Assembly: GCA_030704615.1 (NCBI GenBank)
Contig: CM060734.1
Span: 36,518,001-36,582,000, forward strand
From: Takakia lepidozioides
Taxonomy: Eukaryota > Plantae > Bryophyta
Reading direction: 5' to 3'
DNA: 64,000 bases
Below are positions 1-10,830 of the stretch, piece after piece; position 1 is the stretch's first letter, and the number at the start of each line of letters is the position of its first letter. Below the pieces are notes generated by a model. It searched no databases. It was not told where the DNA came from and saw nothing but the letters and a program-made list of their open reading frames with translations. The position numbers and the translations under genes are program-made.

Positions 1-607
1 ATAATGGTGGTGCCCACATGCGTATTGAAGACCTTAATATTAGAAAAATGAGAAGTTTTTTCTTACAAACCCAAACCCCTGTACTTTTTCCAATTTATGT
101 CCGATTAATATTTAGGAAAAACAAAAATGGTAGCATCTCAACAAGAGCTTTCCAATGGCACATGCCCGAGGCTGGTTCATCCAAATGGCAATAAATTAAG
201 ATGATCTACAAGGCCCAAATTACAAATTGCGGAGAAATCATCTTTGGATATGTTTTGTACGCCTAGTTGCACAAACTGATGTCATGTGGCGCTAACACGT
301 CAGCAACATGTCTCAAGTCATGTCACCTTAAAACTGACTTTACGTTATGTATTTTTTAAATAAAATTTAAATTTAATATTTCATAACTTATCATAGTAAT
401 ACGTAAGCCACCATGTCATATCTAGTTGGTGGACCGATATTTTAAAAACTAATTTAAAAAAAAATTGGGACCGCAACATCTTGCGATTCCAACTTTTGAA
501 AATTTCTGTAATAAATTGGGACCACTAGTATTGGCGGTCCCAATTTTATCTGTATTTTCTTTTCGAGTTCTTCTTGAAAGATAAAATCGGGCCGTCAACT
601 AGTTTAA

Positions 608-1063
608 CCCCTTAACGCTCGCGGGCCCATTTTTTGGAATTTTTGTAAAAACAAAATAAAAAAATGGAGATTTGCAAGATTTTGCATGTCGGGATGGCAT
701 TGGCTCGGCCTGCTGTACCCCCAAAAAATGTTCCCCACGTCCCCCTTGTTCCAACAAGCCCAAAATCACCAGGTGCAGGGACTTGGTCAAAGTGCAGGGG
801 GTATGAGATACTCTTTTGTGAGCTATGCACAGGAAAACAAAGAGGTGGGAGCAAGCGCAATTAGAATCCCCCCAAAAAAATCCCTAGATTTCTGCCGTCC
901 ATCCTGGTCCATACTGATCTGGGCAATAGCTCTCGCATGGACCATCCTGTCGTCGACACGCAGTGCACCCAACAAAAAAAATCAAAATCGGCCAAAATCT
1001 GCAACTGGCAGACCTGTTTGAGCCCAGAAAATGGCCCGTTTTGGGCCGGCGGGTGTTTAGGGG
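608..1063. mobile_element. Non-autonomous TIR element (MITE) with piggyBac-like ends
   Basis: Left end is TTAA(604-607)|CCCCTTAACGCTCGCGGGCCC. The reverse complement of the right end is CCCCTAAACACCCGCCGGCCC (17/21 identical), and the element is followed by TTAC (1064-1067, a degenerate TTAA). No transposase ORF. Confidence 0.6.
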
Positions 1064-1366
1064 TTACTTTTTTTAATTTCTGTTTTGTGGATAAAATTGG
1101 GACCGCCAGCTACTGGCAGTCCCGATTTTACTTTAAAAAAAAAAATAGGGCCGCCAATTGTGACGGATGGTCCCGATTTCCATCCAAAACAATTAAAAAA
1201 ATTGGAATTGCGAGCTCTTGCGTTCCCGAATAGAATTAATAAATAAATAAAAATATATATTATTAATTGAGGAAAACCAATTGTGGCGGTCCCGATTTTA
1301 ATTTTTAAAAAACTAAAAAAAAAACTAAAAATTGGAATTGACAGATCTGGTGGTCGCGATATTTAA

Positions 1367-2366
1367 CCCCTAAATGACGAGCCGTCCCGAATTGGGTCGG
1401 CCGTCTTTTATTATCCCTGGAATATCTCCCAGGGATGAAGTCGGATGAAACTGGCGCCTAAACAAAAACGCGGCGGCCAGCGAGCTATACATGCTCGACT
1501 TTATGGCGGCCAAAATATGATTTGGAGCGTCGTCGGCGATTTTTGCAAGTGCCAGGGGGGCCTGGAATCTGTAGCCCAAGGCTTTCACGGGGTTTGACTT
1601 GAGCAACGTGACAGGGCATATTGGCAAGTCGGCCCCTTTCACGGCCGGGGGTCTATGGGCTCTCTCCCTCTTCAACGGCATGTACACTCATTTTCACTTC
1701 CAGGGAAGCCCTTCACGTTGCGGGGTTTTCGTGACGTGGCCCAGAAAACTTGCCGGAAAAGGCACACCGGCCCGGCAAATGATTGCCTGAGATGGACGCC
1801 ACCGGAAATTTCACCTAAATGAACATCTAGTTTTTCGTTTTGGAATTTTCCTGTGAAATTTGGGCAGGCTTGTGTGCGTTGTTGCCCTGCACCTTTCAAC
1901 CGCTGGAATTTTCTTTCCATTGTGGAATTTCTCTTCTTCCGGGTGATTTCACTTTCTAGAGTACTTACAAGTTATCCCCTTATTTTCACATACAACCGAC
2001 CCCCTCCAAAATTTGTTCTTTGGATCTAAAATTTTGTGTGGGTGTCCTGCATGTGCCCCACATTCAGAATGTGGAGGGCATTTCCATAGGAAAAATCCAA
2101 AACATTGGGCAAATCCTTGGTCAAATGAGATTTTTCAAGCTAAAATATGATGGACTTGAAAAAACCACAATACAAAATTATTATAATATACCAATTGGAA
2201 CAGTAAAAAAATATGCAATTTTGCAGGTAGGAACATGTAGTAGATAGAATGAAAGTTATAAGGTTCATTTCCCTGGATGTTTGGGGCCAGGGAGATATGC
2301 CCTCATCCATGAGGGTATATACGTTTTTGGGGGTGACCCACCAAAAAACAGCTCGTCGTTTGAGGG
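1367..2366. mobile_element. 1.0-kb non-autonomous TIR element with TTAA TSD, piggyBac-like
   Basis: Left end is TTAA(1363-1366)|CCCCTAAATGACGAGCCGT. The reverse complement of the right end is CCCTCAAACGACGAGCTGT, followed by TTAA (2367-2370). The TIRs match at 15/19 and all mismatches are C/T transitions. Confidence 0.72.
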
Positions 2367-3334
2367 TTAATAAAATAAATAATTGGGACAGCCAGCCATT
2401 TTAATAAAATAAAATAAAATAAAAAAGACCGTTGTCTATGGCGATCCCGTTTTATTAGATATTTTCAATAAATCCAGGCATGCAGAGTTGATGGTACCAA
2501 TTTATTAGATATTTTCTTGATAATTCGAGACTGCCAGAGCCGGCAGTCCTGATCTATTAAATATTTTTTGAAAATTTGGAACCTCTAGAGCTGGCGGTCC
2601 CGATTTAATTTTTATTTTTTTGATAATTCAGGACTGTCAGCTCGTTTTATATTTGTTTTTAAATACTTAATAAACTAGGCCCGTCAGATCTTTGCGGTCT
2701 CGCATTATCAACTGACATGGTTTTTTTTTGGTTGGTTGGTTAGACCACGTGGTTATTTTTTCATATTGTTTTAGCTTATGTGACATCTTTTTCTTACCCC
2801 CTATATTTTTTTAATAAATTATATATAAAACTAACTTTTTAGCCCACGTTATCGTCAGATCCGATGCGACCTGATGTCATAACCCTGTTGCACGCTGCCC
2901 AAACGAAAATAGGGCTTGTGGAGTACCACATTTTGCATGGTTTGTAAATGAATACAGACTGATATGGAGCTAATCACTGGCCCAAGGGCTAGATTTAGGA
3001 GTTCACCCCAGCTTTATATGGGACACACTTTGAGAAACAACGGGTAGTATTTCTGATACCAAAAGAAAGGGGCATAAATCCCCTTCTAGATAATTCTAAA
3101 TCTGTTCCTTCTAGTCTGCAAATAATGATTGAGCAGGATACCGATGACTTTAAACATTGGGAAACGATGGGGAATGACATTGAGCTTGCTCTTAGGAAGG
3201 TCAACCCGCAAGATGAAGCAATGACTGGAGATCAGATTGCAAGTAGAGGATCTTTGGACACCTTCACACCCATTGTAAGTGACCATCCTTTTCTGGAATT
3301 TATGTCTATCTTATGATGATGAAAAAGATGATGT

Positions 3335-3468
3335 CACAGAATTCTGTTAGCAAGTGAAAATGTCACAAACATAATAAAACAAGAACAATGGCGCTACACC
3401 TCACAAAATTCTGTTAGCAAGTGAAAATGTCACAAACAGAATAAAACAAGAACAATGGCGCTACACCT
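3335..3468. repeat. Tandem duplication, 2 x 67 bp
   Basis: cacagaattctgttagcaagtgaaaatgtcacaaacataataaaacaagaacaatggcgctacacct is repeated with about 2 substitutions. Confidence 0.9.
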
Positions 3469-4556
3469 GACAATCATCCTTGTCCCTTGGCTTCATGTTA
3501 GAGCTGTGGAGTTGGATATGGCCAACAAAGACCACATGATGTGGCATCCCTCTCGAATATCAATCTCCTGGCCCCTATTTTCTGTCTCTATGTGGGTGAA
3601 ATGAGCGAACTTGATAGAATATGATATTAAACTTGTGAACACGATGTCATTGACGGGTTTAGAGATTAAAAAAAGAACCATTGGCTCTTCCTGGCCTCTA
3701 AGGACTTTCTACTACAAACCATGTGACAAAGGTGAAAACATCATGGTTAGAACCAAGAATGTCATGCCAATGGGATCTACGATATCAAAAAACCATAAGA
3801 GTCAAATATGGAATTGGCCGCATAGACCATATCTCAGATGTAATAGTAATCCATCAGCGTTAGGAGGGTGCACTGGAAGCATCTCTTGGTTTGATCATGT
3901 CGTTTCGTTTATGATCAACAATCTGGGTACCTGTTTTCATTTACACCTCCCATCCGTCAGTAATTGCAGCAGATTCCATAGTTTCATGGTCTGCATCGTG
4001 AAAGTTGCAAGACCGACGGTTCTGGCACATATCACGTTCCAAATCTCGAGGAGGTACATGTTGGAAGCGGCATGCCAATACGCTAACAAACCCCAAACCA
4101 AATTGCTTATGCACCTTGGTGATGCTCACGGGGCAAGATACATGGAGAGACTGCTGAAACCAAGACTCTTTATGGAAAGCCCACCTAAACAACAACCTAC
4201 TGCAAATAAAAGACAGAGATGTGAGGACTCAGGACTGGCAAATGCCCCCTCAAAACAAATTCAGTAATGGCCGAGGTCGCGGCATGAATGCTTAAATTGA
4301 GGTCACATTCCTACTCAAATGCTTTTGGAGTTTCTGGATCTTCAGCCACCACTTTTAATCTGGCAAGTATTGGCTCGTAGGAGCAGGGCACGTACTAGTG
4401 AAACCTCACCTATTCGCAAGAAAGATTTCTAATCTTGGGAGATATAATTGTAAGTGTCTTTCCTCATTCTGCGTCAATTGGATTTGCAGATCATGGTATT
4501 GTCACATGAATGAAGAGATGGATTCGTGGCAAGACATTTCACCAACTCTAAATGAT

Positions 4557-5187
4557 TGTCAAGGACGAGAACATGACTGAACACAAATAAGAGATAAAAC
4601 TAGAGGTACAATGCTAGACAAGAAGTCAAGGTCGGCGTGGCCGAATGCACGATGAGTAAATATGAATCAAAACGATCTTTATAACAATGAACAAGAGTAC
4701 AAGATATTGGAACACAACTTGAATACTGAAATGCTGGAAACTGGACTGGAGTACCAGATACTGGAAACTGGGCTAGAATACTGGGAACTGGAAACAAGAG
4801 TAACTTGAACTGGTGTTGGCGAGACTGAAGAGTGTCAGTCTCGCCTCCTATATATACTGGCTACTAAGAAGCTTCCCCAAGAAACTTCCCATATGGAGGT
4901 TTATTGCTGGAGAAGTTTCCAAGATTAAACAAAGGTTTCTTGATGGAGAAGCTTCCTTAAACAAAAGAGGTATTTTGATGGAGAAGTTTCCTCCAAAAGA
5001 AGCTTCATGAGTAGTTTCCTAAGTTACTCTTGATAATTTGGTAAACTCTCGGTAACTTGATAAGTAATGGTATATCATTGTAGATCATGGTAAATCACGG
5101 TAAGTCATGATAATTTTTGGTAACATGGTAACTTGATAACTTCTGGTATTTACTCCTGGTAAGTTATTCTGGGCTATGTCCGTGACA
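4557..5187 (-). repeat. 3' LTR
   Basis: TGTCAAGGAC...CCGTGACA, highly similar to 9037-9713 and adjacent to the PPT. Internal TATATATA at 4849-4856. Confidence 0.95.
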
Positions 5188-5790
5188 TCACCCCCTCCTC
5201 TAGCGCCGAGTTCCTCGAGGAGCAGTAAAATCCTGGACTTGTTTAGAGTTGGAGAAAATCCAAAATCCGGCGAATGGTACTTGCCAAGTATTCGGCTCTT
5301 CGTTCTTGACTCAAATGATTTATAGATCCCTGCAACCATCGATAGTGTCCAACACCTTGAACTTAGGACCACGCAGTGATTTGAGCATTCTAATTTTCGA
5401 AGCTGCCTTCAAACATGATTTCGTTGCCCTCTGGGTCCGAAGCCTCAACCTCCAACAGAATTATCAGACTTCGAGTAGGCTCCACTTGCCGTCGTACGAG
5501 GTTCAGACGAGGAAGTACGCGTCGCATTGATGACCCATCGTCTCGAGAGCGTCGGCGTGATGTTGAAGGTCGTGAGAGTCGGAATGGCTGATCTGGTAGC
5601 TGGGTAAGCGACAACTCCAATGTATCTGGTTCCTTTGACTCCATATTGCCAATACAAGATGCAAAAGTGTTGGAAGTGTAGCTATATGTACTAATGTGTG
5701 GTGCTCATCCCTCCTTAGCGTGTATCAGGTACATTGAATGTGGAGTCTTCACCTTGAAGTTAACTTGACTGACATCATCGTTGTGACGTC

Positions 5791-8056
5791 TTATTGACGT
5801 GTAGCTCGGGGCTTAGCTGGATATCGTTGATGAAACTCTTGGACTTTGTCAGATGCATTGGCGAGGTTGGATGAAGGTTCCCACGTTCGTTCGCTGATGT
5901 CGTAGCCTTTCCAATGTATGAAATACTCAAGACGTTTATACTTGATGCGAGAGTCTAGGACTTCGTCGACTTCATACTCAAGTTCTTGATTGACTTCGAC
6001 TGGTGGAGGTGGTACGGAGACTCTCCCTGGAATATTCGATGGATGATACAACTCCAATAATGAAACATGAAAGACTGGATGGATGCGCATACTTCGTGGG
6101 AGTTCAAGCCGAAAACTGACCGGATTTATTTGTCGAATAATTTTGAATGGTCCCAGGCGTTGATAATCCAACTTCCTTGATGGTCGCGAGGTTTGTATGT
6201 CTCGTCGAAGAAGCCACACACGATCTCCGACCTTGAACTGGGGTTGGAGTTGGCGACGTTGATCTGCATACTCCTTGTGTTGTTTTTTAGCTTCTGCGAG
6301 GTGGGATGTAAGCTCCTTGTGAATCGTAGCTAGATGAGTAGCAAGGTTTTCTACAACAGGGCTTCCAACAGTCTTCATGTGGAAAGGGTTTGCTCGAGGA
6401 TGATGACCATAATTGGAGAAAAATGGAGTTTGTTTGGTCGAAGAATGTATAGTGTTGTTGTAGGCAAACTCAGTCAATGAAAGAAGGTCCGTCCAATTAT
6501 CTTGGTGATAATTTATCGTACAGCGAAGATACTGCTCCAAAATCTGGTTTACAGGTTCGGTTTGACCATCAGTCTGTGGATGATTAGCTGTAGAGAGGTT
6601 GATCTTAGTATTCAATATGTAAAATAATCCCCTCCAGAAAATTTGATATGAACTGTGGTCCTCGATCAGATACGATGTCCTTCGGGAGTCCATGAATGCG
6701 GTAGATATTATTGAGGAAGATTCTTGCAGTTTCCTCGCCGGTAACCGTCTTATTACATAAAATAAAATGTGTCATCTTCGTAAAACGATCTACAATAACA
6801 AGGATTGAATCGGTGGTCTTGGAAATTGGAAGGTCCGTAATAAAGTCCATAGACACGGACGACCATGGACCCTCGGGAATGGGTAATGGTTGAAGAAGTC
6901 CGTAAGGTCGATGTCGTGGTCCCTTCGCTCAAGCACACGTGTCACAAGATTTTATGAATTCTTTCACGAGTTTCCACATCTGCGGCCATCAATAGCCCCT
7001 GGATATCAACTCCAATGTTTTGTTGAAGCCGAAATGTCCTACAGCCAGAAGATCATGAAATGTTTGAAGAATTCGAAGTCGTGTAGGTCCTGGAGGTACA
7101 TAGAGAAGTCCCTTGAAGTAAAGTAAGCCATCTTTGAATTCGAAGTCGTTTGTAACATGTGGGTTGTCTCGAGGTTGATTTAGTTGACTTCGTAGTGTCG
7201 TAACAAAATGGTCGCTCTTCAGTGCTTCCTGAATCTCCTTTATGATCTCTGCATCTTCATAGGTGGACATGGATAACATATTCAATTGGAGATTTGCTGG
7301 TTTCAAGATAATGGATTTTTGTTGGTAAAAAACTGTATCCCCTTCTTTTGGCGCAAAATACGATTGTCGAGAAAGAGCATCTGATTTTTCTTGAAGATGT
7401 CCAGGACGGTAGGTAATAACAAAATCAAACCTTGCTAGTGATATACTCCATCTCGCTTGACGTCGATTCAAAACACGAGCACTCATAAAATATTCGAGGT
7501 TTTTGTGATCGGTATAGATAGTGACCTGATGTTTAGCTCCCTCCAATAGATGTCGTCACTCCTAAAAAACATCGATAATTGCTAGAAGTTCTTTGTCATG
7601 GATTTCATAATTGATCTCCGCAACGGAAAATTTGCGAGAACGAAAACCAACAGTGTGGAGTCGGCTATCTGTACTGTATTGCGAGAGTACCGCGCCAAGT
7701 GCAAAGTCCGATGCATCTATTTCTAAGAATAATGGTTTAGATGGGTCTGCATGTACCAGTATTGGAGCCGTTGTAAATGCCTGCTTCAGCCTTTCAAATG
7801 TCTGGTCAGCCTTATCGTCCCATACAAATTTGTCCTTCCCTGTGAGTCGTGTCAACGGTGCAACAATTTTGGAGTAGTCATTGATGAAGATTCTATAGAA
7901 ATTTGTAAAGCCCAGAAAACATACATCTCGGACCGAAGTTGGTTTAATCCACTCGATGATGGTTTGTATTTTCTTCTGATCCATAAAGATGCATTTGTCG
8001 GAAATAATGTAGCCCAGAAATTCGACCTCAGATTCATGGAAAAGACATTTCTCCAA
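5791..8056 (-). pseudogene. pol remnant: RT thumb, RNase H, integrase, chromodomain; frameshifted
   Basis: Motifs seen: KCLFHESEVEFLGYIIS; LEIDASDFALGAVLSQ; NYEIHDKELLAII; [10 protein letters not shown]; SMDFITDLP; IVSDRGPQF; HPQTDGQTE; GPF (GPY/F); chromodomain EYEVDEVLDSRIKYKRLEYFIHWKGYDISERTWEP. Split over several ORFs. Confidence 0.93.
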
Positions 8057-8079
8057 CTTGACATATTGTCCTCTTTCTC

Positions 8080-8997
8080 TTAATTTATCAAGGACAAGCG
8101 TACATGGCGGCCATGTTCTTCTTCATTCTGTGTCAATGGTTTGAATCGGACAGCATCAATCTGCATAGGATCACTACTGGATATCTGATGGATCGTTGTA
8201 TTTGGTGTCGTAGTATCAGTGACATGATGCGTCGTCGACCATCCAGATCGCTTTTCTTGATGTCTTTCGAACAAACGATTATCTCATGCAATGACTTGGG
8301 TGATGAATTCACTCAGTGCGCTCACGTTTGACATTGTTAGCAACAAATCTTTTACATCATCTTTTAGTCCACATCGAAACTGACTAATGATGCTTTTCTC
8401 ATTCCAGTCGAGGTCGCACGCAAGTTGTCGAAATTTGGCAGCATAAACGGAAGCAGGACGTGCTCATTGTCGAAGATTTCGCATCTTTGTTTTTGCAACT
8501 CTCTCTCTATCATTCTCTCCAAACGTTACAGTGAACTCGGACATGAATACTTCAAAATTATATAAATGCGAATTTTTTTCTAATAGCGGTGCAAACCAAG
8601 ATAAGGCAATGCCTGATAGAAGGGTGCCCACGAATCCCACTTGAATACCTTCATCGGGGTAGCGTTGTGGATGTAGTCGTAAGAACAGTCGTACTTGTTG
8701 AACAAAACTGCGAAATCTTGATCTCGTCCCATCAAATTTCTCGGGCAATCTTTGGTTCTCTCGTAATCTGTTGAAGATGAACCGTTGCAGTATGAGCTGT
8801 TGCAGTAGGAACTCGTATGGTTGAAGATCCATTGTTCGACTCCTTTAACTCTGAAATTTGTTGTTGCAAATTGTGGAGAGCGTTGTCAAGATCTTAAGAC
8901 TGATCAGCTTGCAATTGGGCGGTAGATGTACGAAGTTCTTGCATCTGGAGCTGAAGACTCTGTAATGTGGTGACCATTTCCGCAAATGTGCCTTCCA
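8080..8997 (-). pseudogene. gag remnant of the chromovirus
   Basis: LPEKFDGTRSRFRSFVQQVRLFLRLHPQRYP...LLSGIALSWF...MRNLRQ and DPMQIDA, typical of retrotransposon gag. Protease and the RT catalytic core are deleted at ~8060-8080. Confidence 0.85.
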
Positions 8998-9036
8998 TCT
9001 TAACTAACTAAAAAACAAACTTTAGTCTTGTCAAAC

Positions 9037-9713
9037 TGTCAAAGACGAGAACATGACTGAACACAAACAAGAGATAAAACTAGAGGTACAATGCTAGACA
9101 AAAAGTCAAGGTCGGCGTGGCCGAATGCACGATGAGTAAATTGGAATCGAGACGATCTTTATAACAATGAACAAGAGTACAAGATATTGGAACACGACTT
9201 AAATACTGGAATGCTGGAAACTGGACTGGACTGGACTGGACTGGATTACCAGATACTGGAAACTGGGCTAGAGTACTGGGAACTGGACTGGAGTACTGGA
9301 AACTGGAAACAACAGTAGCTTGAACTGGTGTTGGCGAGACTGAAGAGTGTCCAGTCTCGCCTCCTATATATACTGGCTACTAAGAAGTTTCCCCAAGAAG
9401 TTTCCCCTATGGAGGTTTCTTGCTGGAGAAGTTTCCAAGATTAAACAAAGGTTTCTTGATGGAGAAGCTTCATTAAACAAATGAGATATCTTGATGGAGA
9501 AGTTTCTTCCAAAGGAAGCTTTCCGAGCAGTTTCCCAAGTTACTCTTGGTAATTTGGTAAACTCTCGGTAACTTGATAAGTAATGGTAAATCATGGTAGA
9601 TCATGGTAAATCACGGTAAGTCACGGTAAGTCATGATAACTTTCAGTAACATGGTAACTTGATAACTTCTGGTATTTACTCCTGGTAAGTTCTTTTGGGC
9701 TATGTCCGTGATA
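9037..9713 (-). repeat. 5' LTR
   Basis: TGTCAAAGAC...CCGTGATA. It has an expanded (ctgga)n tract relative to the 3' LTR. TATATATA at 9365-9372. Confidence 0.95.
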
Positions 9714-10830
9714 ATGATAGCCTGTCTAAGGTCGTGGATACTCGTCATATTGAAATGCAGGAACTCGACCGCAAATATCTAATCCAAGCTAAATCCCCTG
9801 CACCATTGGGATATGTACACATGATGTACCATAATAGGGGCATGGAATGGATAAATCCCAGATAACTCATCAAAGAAGCCTTATTGGTTTTTGATCAGCC
9901 TGAATTTGTCAGCTTACTAAATGACATTGTTTTTGGCTCGGTACAAATTACTACCAACCAGCAAAAGTTTTTCGAGATTTCTGTTTTTCAGACGATTTGC
10001 AGAACAATCAAGGCACACATATGTTATAAAGCAGAATAGTTTGTAATCCTCATAATAGTCATCATCATTGGAATTACAATATAATCGTCACTCGCCACTC
10101 AGTAAAGAGTATACAAGCTGCTCATAGACCGTATAACAAATACTCATGACAAACAAAATGACAAAACTTCATAATCATATAATATTAAAAAATAAGACTA
10201 ATGTATAAGAGCAGAATTCACAGAACCTAAAGTAGTTCAGTTCAGATTCAAGTGTTGGTATTTGCTATGATATCTTTAATCAAATATCAGTTTTTGAAAC
10301 AAAAGCTCAAGATTATCCAAAGCCAACTACAATTGCAACAAGTGAGGGCCATAACTATTGTGTTATATTAATATTTTTATATAATATTAAGGTATATTGA
10401 TTCTATTCATATCTAAAAGCATCGTAAAAGACCATGAATATGTTATAGGTGAGCTTTATAGATGTTTGTTCGTTCACAGAAGCTTTGGAACCTAAGTCTT
10501 GAACATGAGAGTATGATTGTGAATGTATTATTTCTATGGAAGAAAACAAAGTCTGTGCCAACTAAGGCTTTTTCGATATGCCGGCCACAAAAAAATGCTA
10601 AATAATGTAGAGCAAACATTGTACACAACGAATTATAGAAATGAATCACTTCAACAAGATAAAAATTAGGTTGACATTGTATAATGTTACACTAAAAAAG
10701 TGACAAACAGATTGTCGGACAGCTTCATGCGTTGGTTCTTAGCACGGACTGCTTTCATCTTTCCTGAGACAGATTTGTTGAATTGTCCTTGTTCAACTAC
10801 AAAGTTATGAATGTGCATTCTTGGGCAATT

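Larger units (their letters stand above)
430..2720. repeat. Array of imperfect palindromic repeats (GGGACCGCCAR-n-TGGCGGTCCC) separated by AT-rich spacers; probable DNA-transposon subterminal region
   Basis: Examples: gggaccactagtattggcggtccc (~518-541), gggaccgccagctactggcagtccc (~1099-1123), gagactgccagagccggcagtcc (~2527-2549). The same motif recurs at 52.2-54 kb and 57.6-60.9 kb. Confidence 0.7.
4557..9713 (-). mobile_element. Ty3/gypsy chromovirus LTR retrotransposon (Tcn1/Tf1-like), internally deleted and non-functional
   Basis: LTRs lie at 4557-5187 (TG..CA) and 9037-9713 (TG..TA). A 5-bp TSD ATGAT lies at 4552-4556 and 9714-9718. The PPT (agaggagggggtga on -) is at 5188-5201. Remnants of gag, the RT C-terminus, RNase H, integrase and a chromodomain are present. 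Confidence 0.95.
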
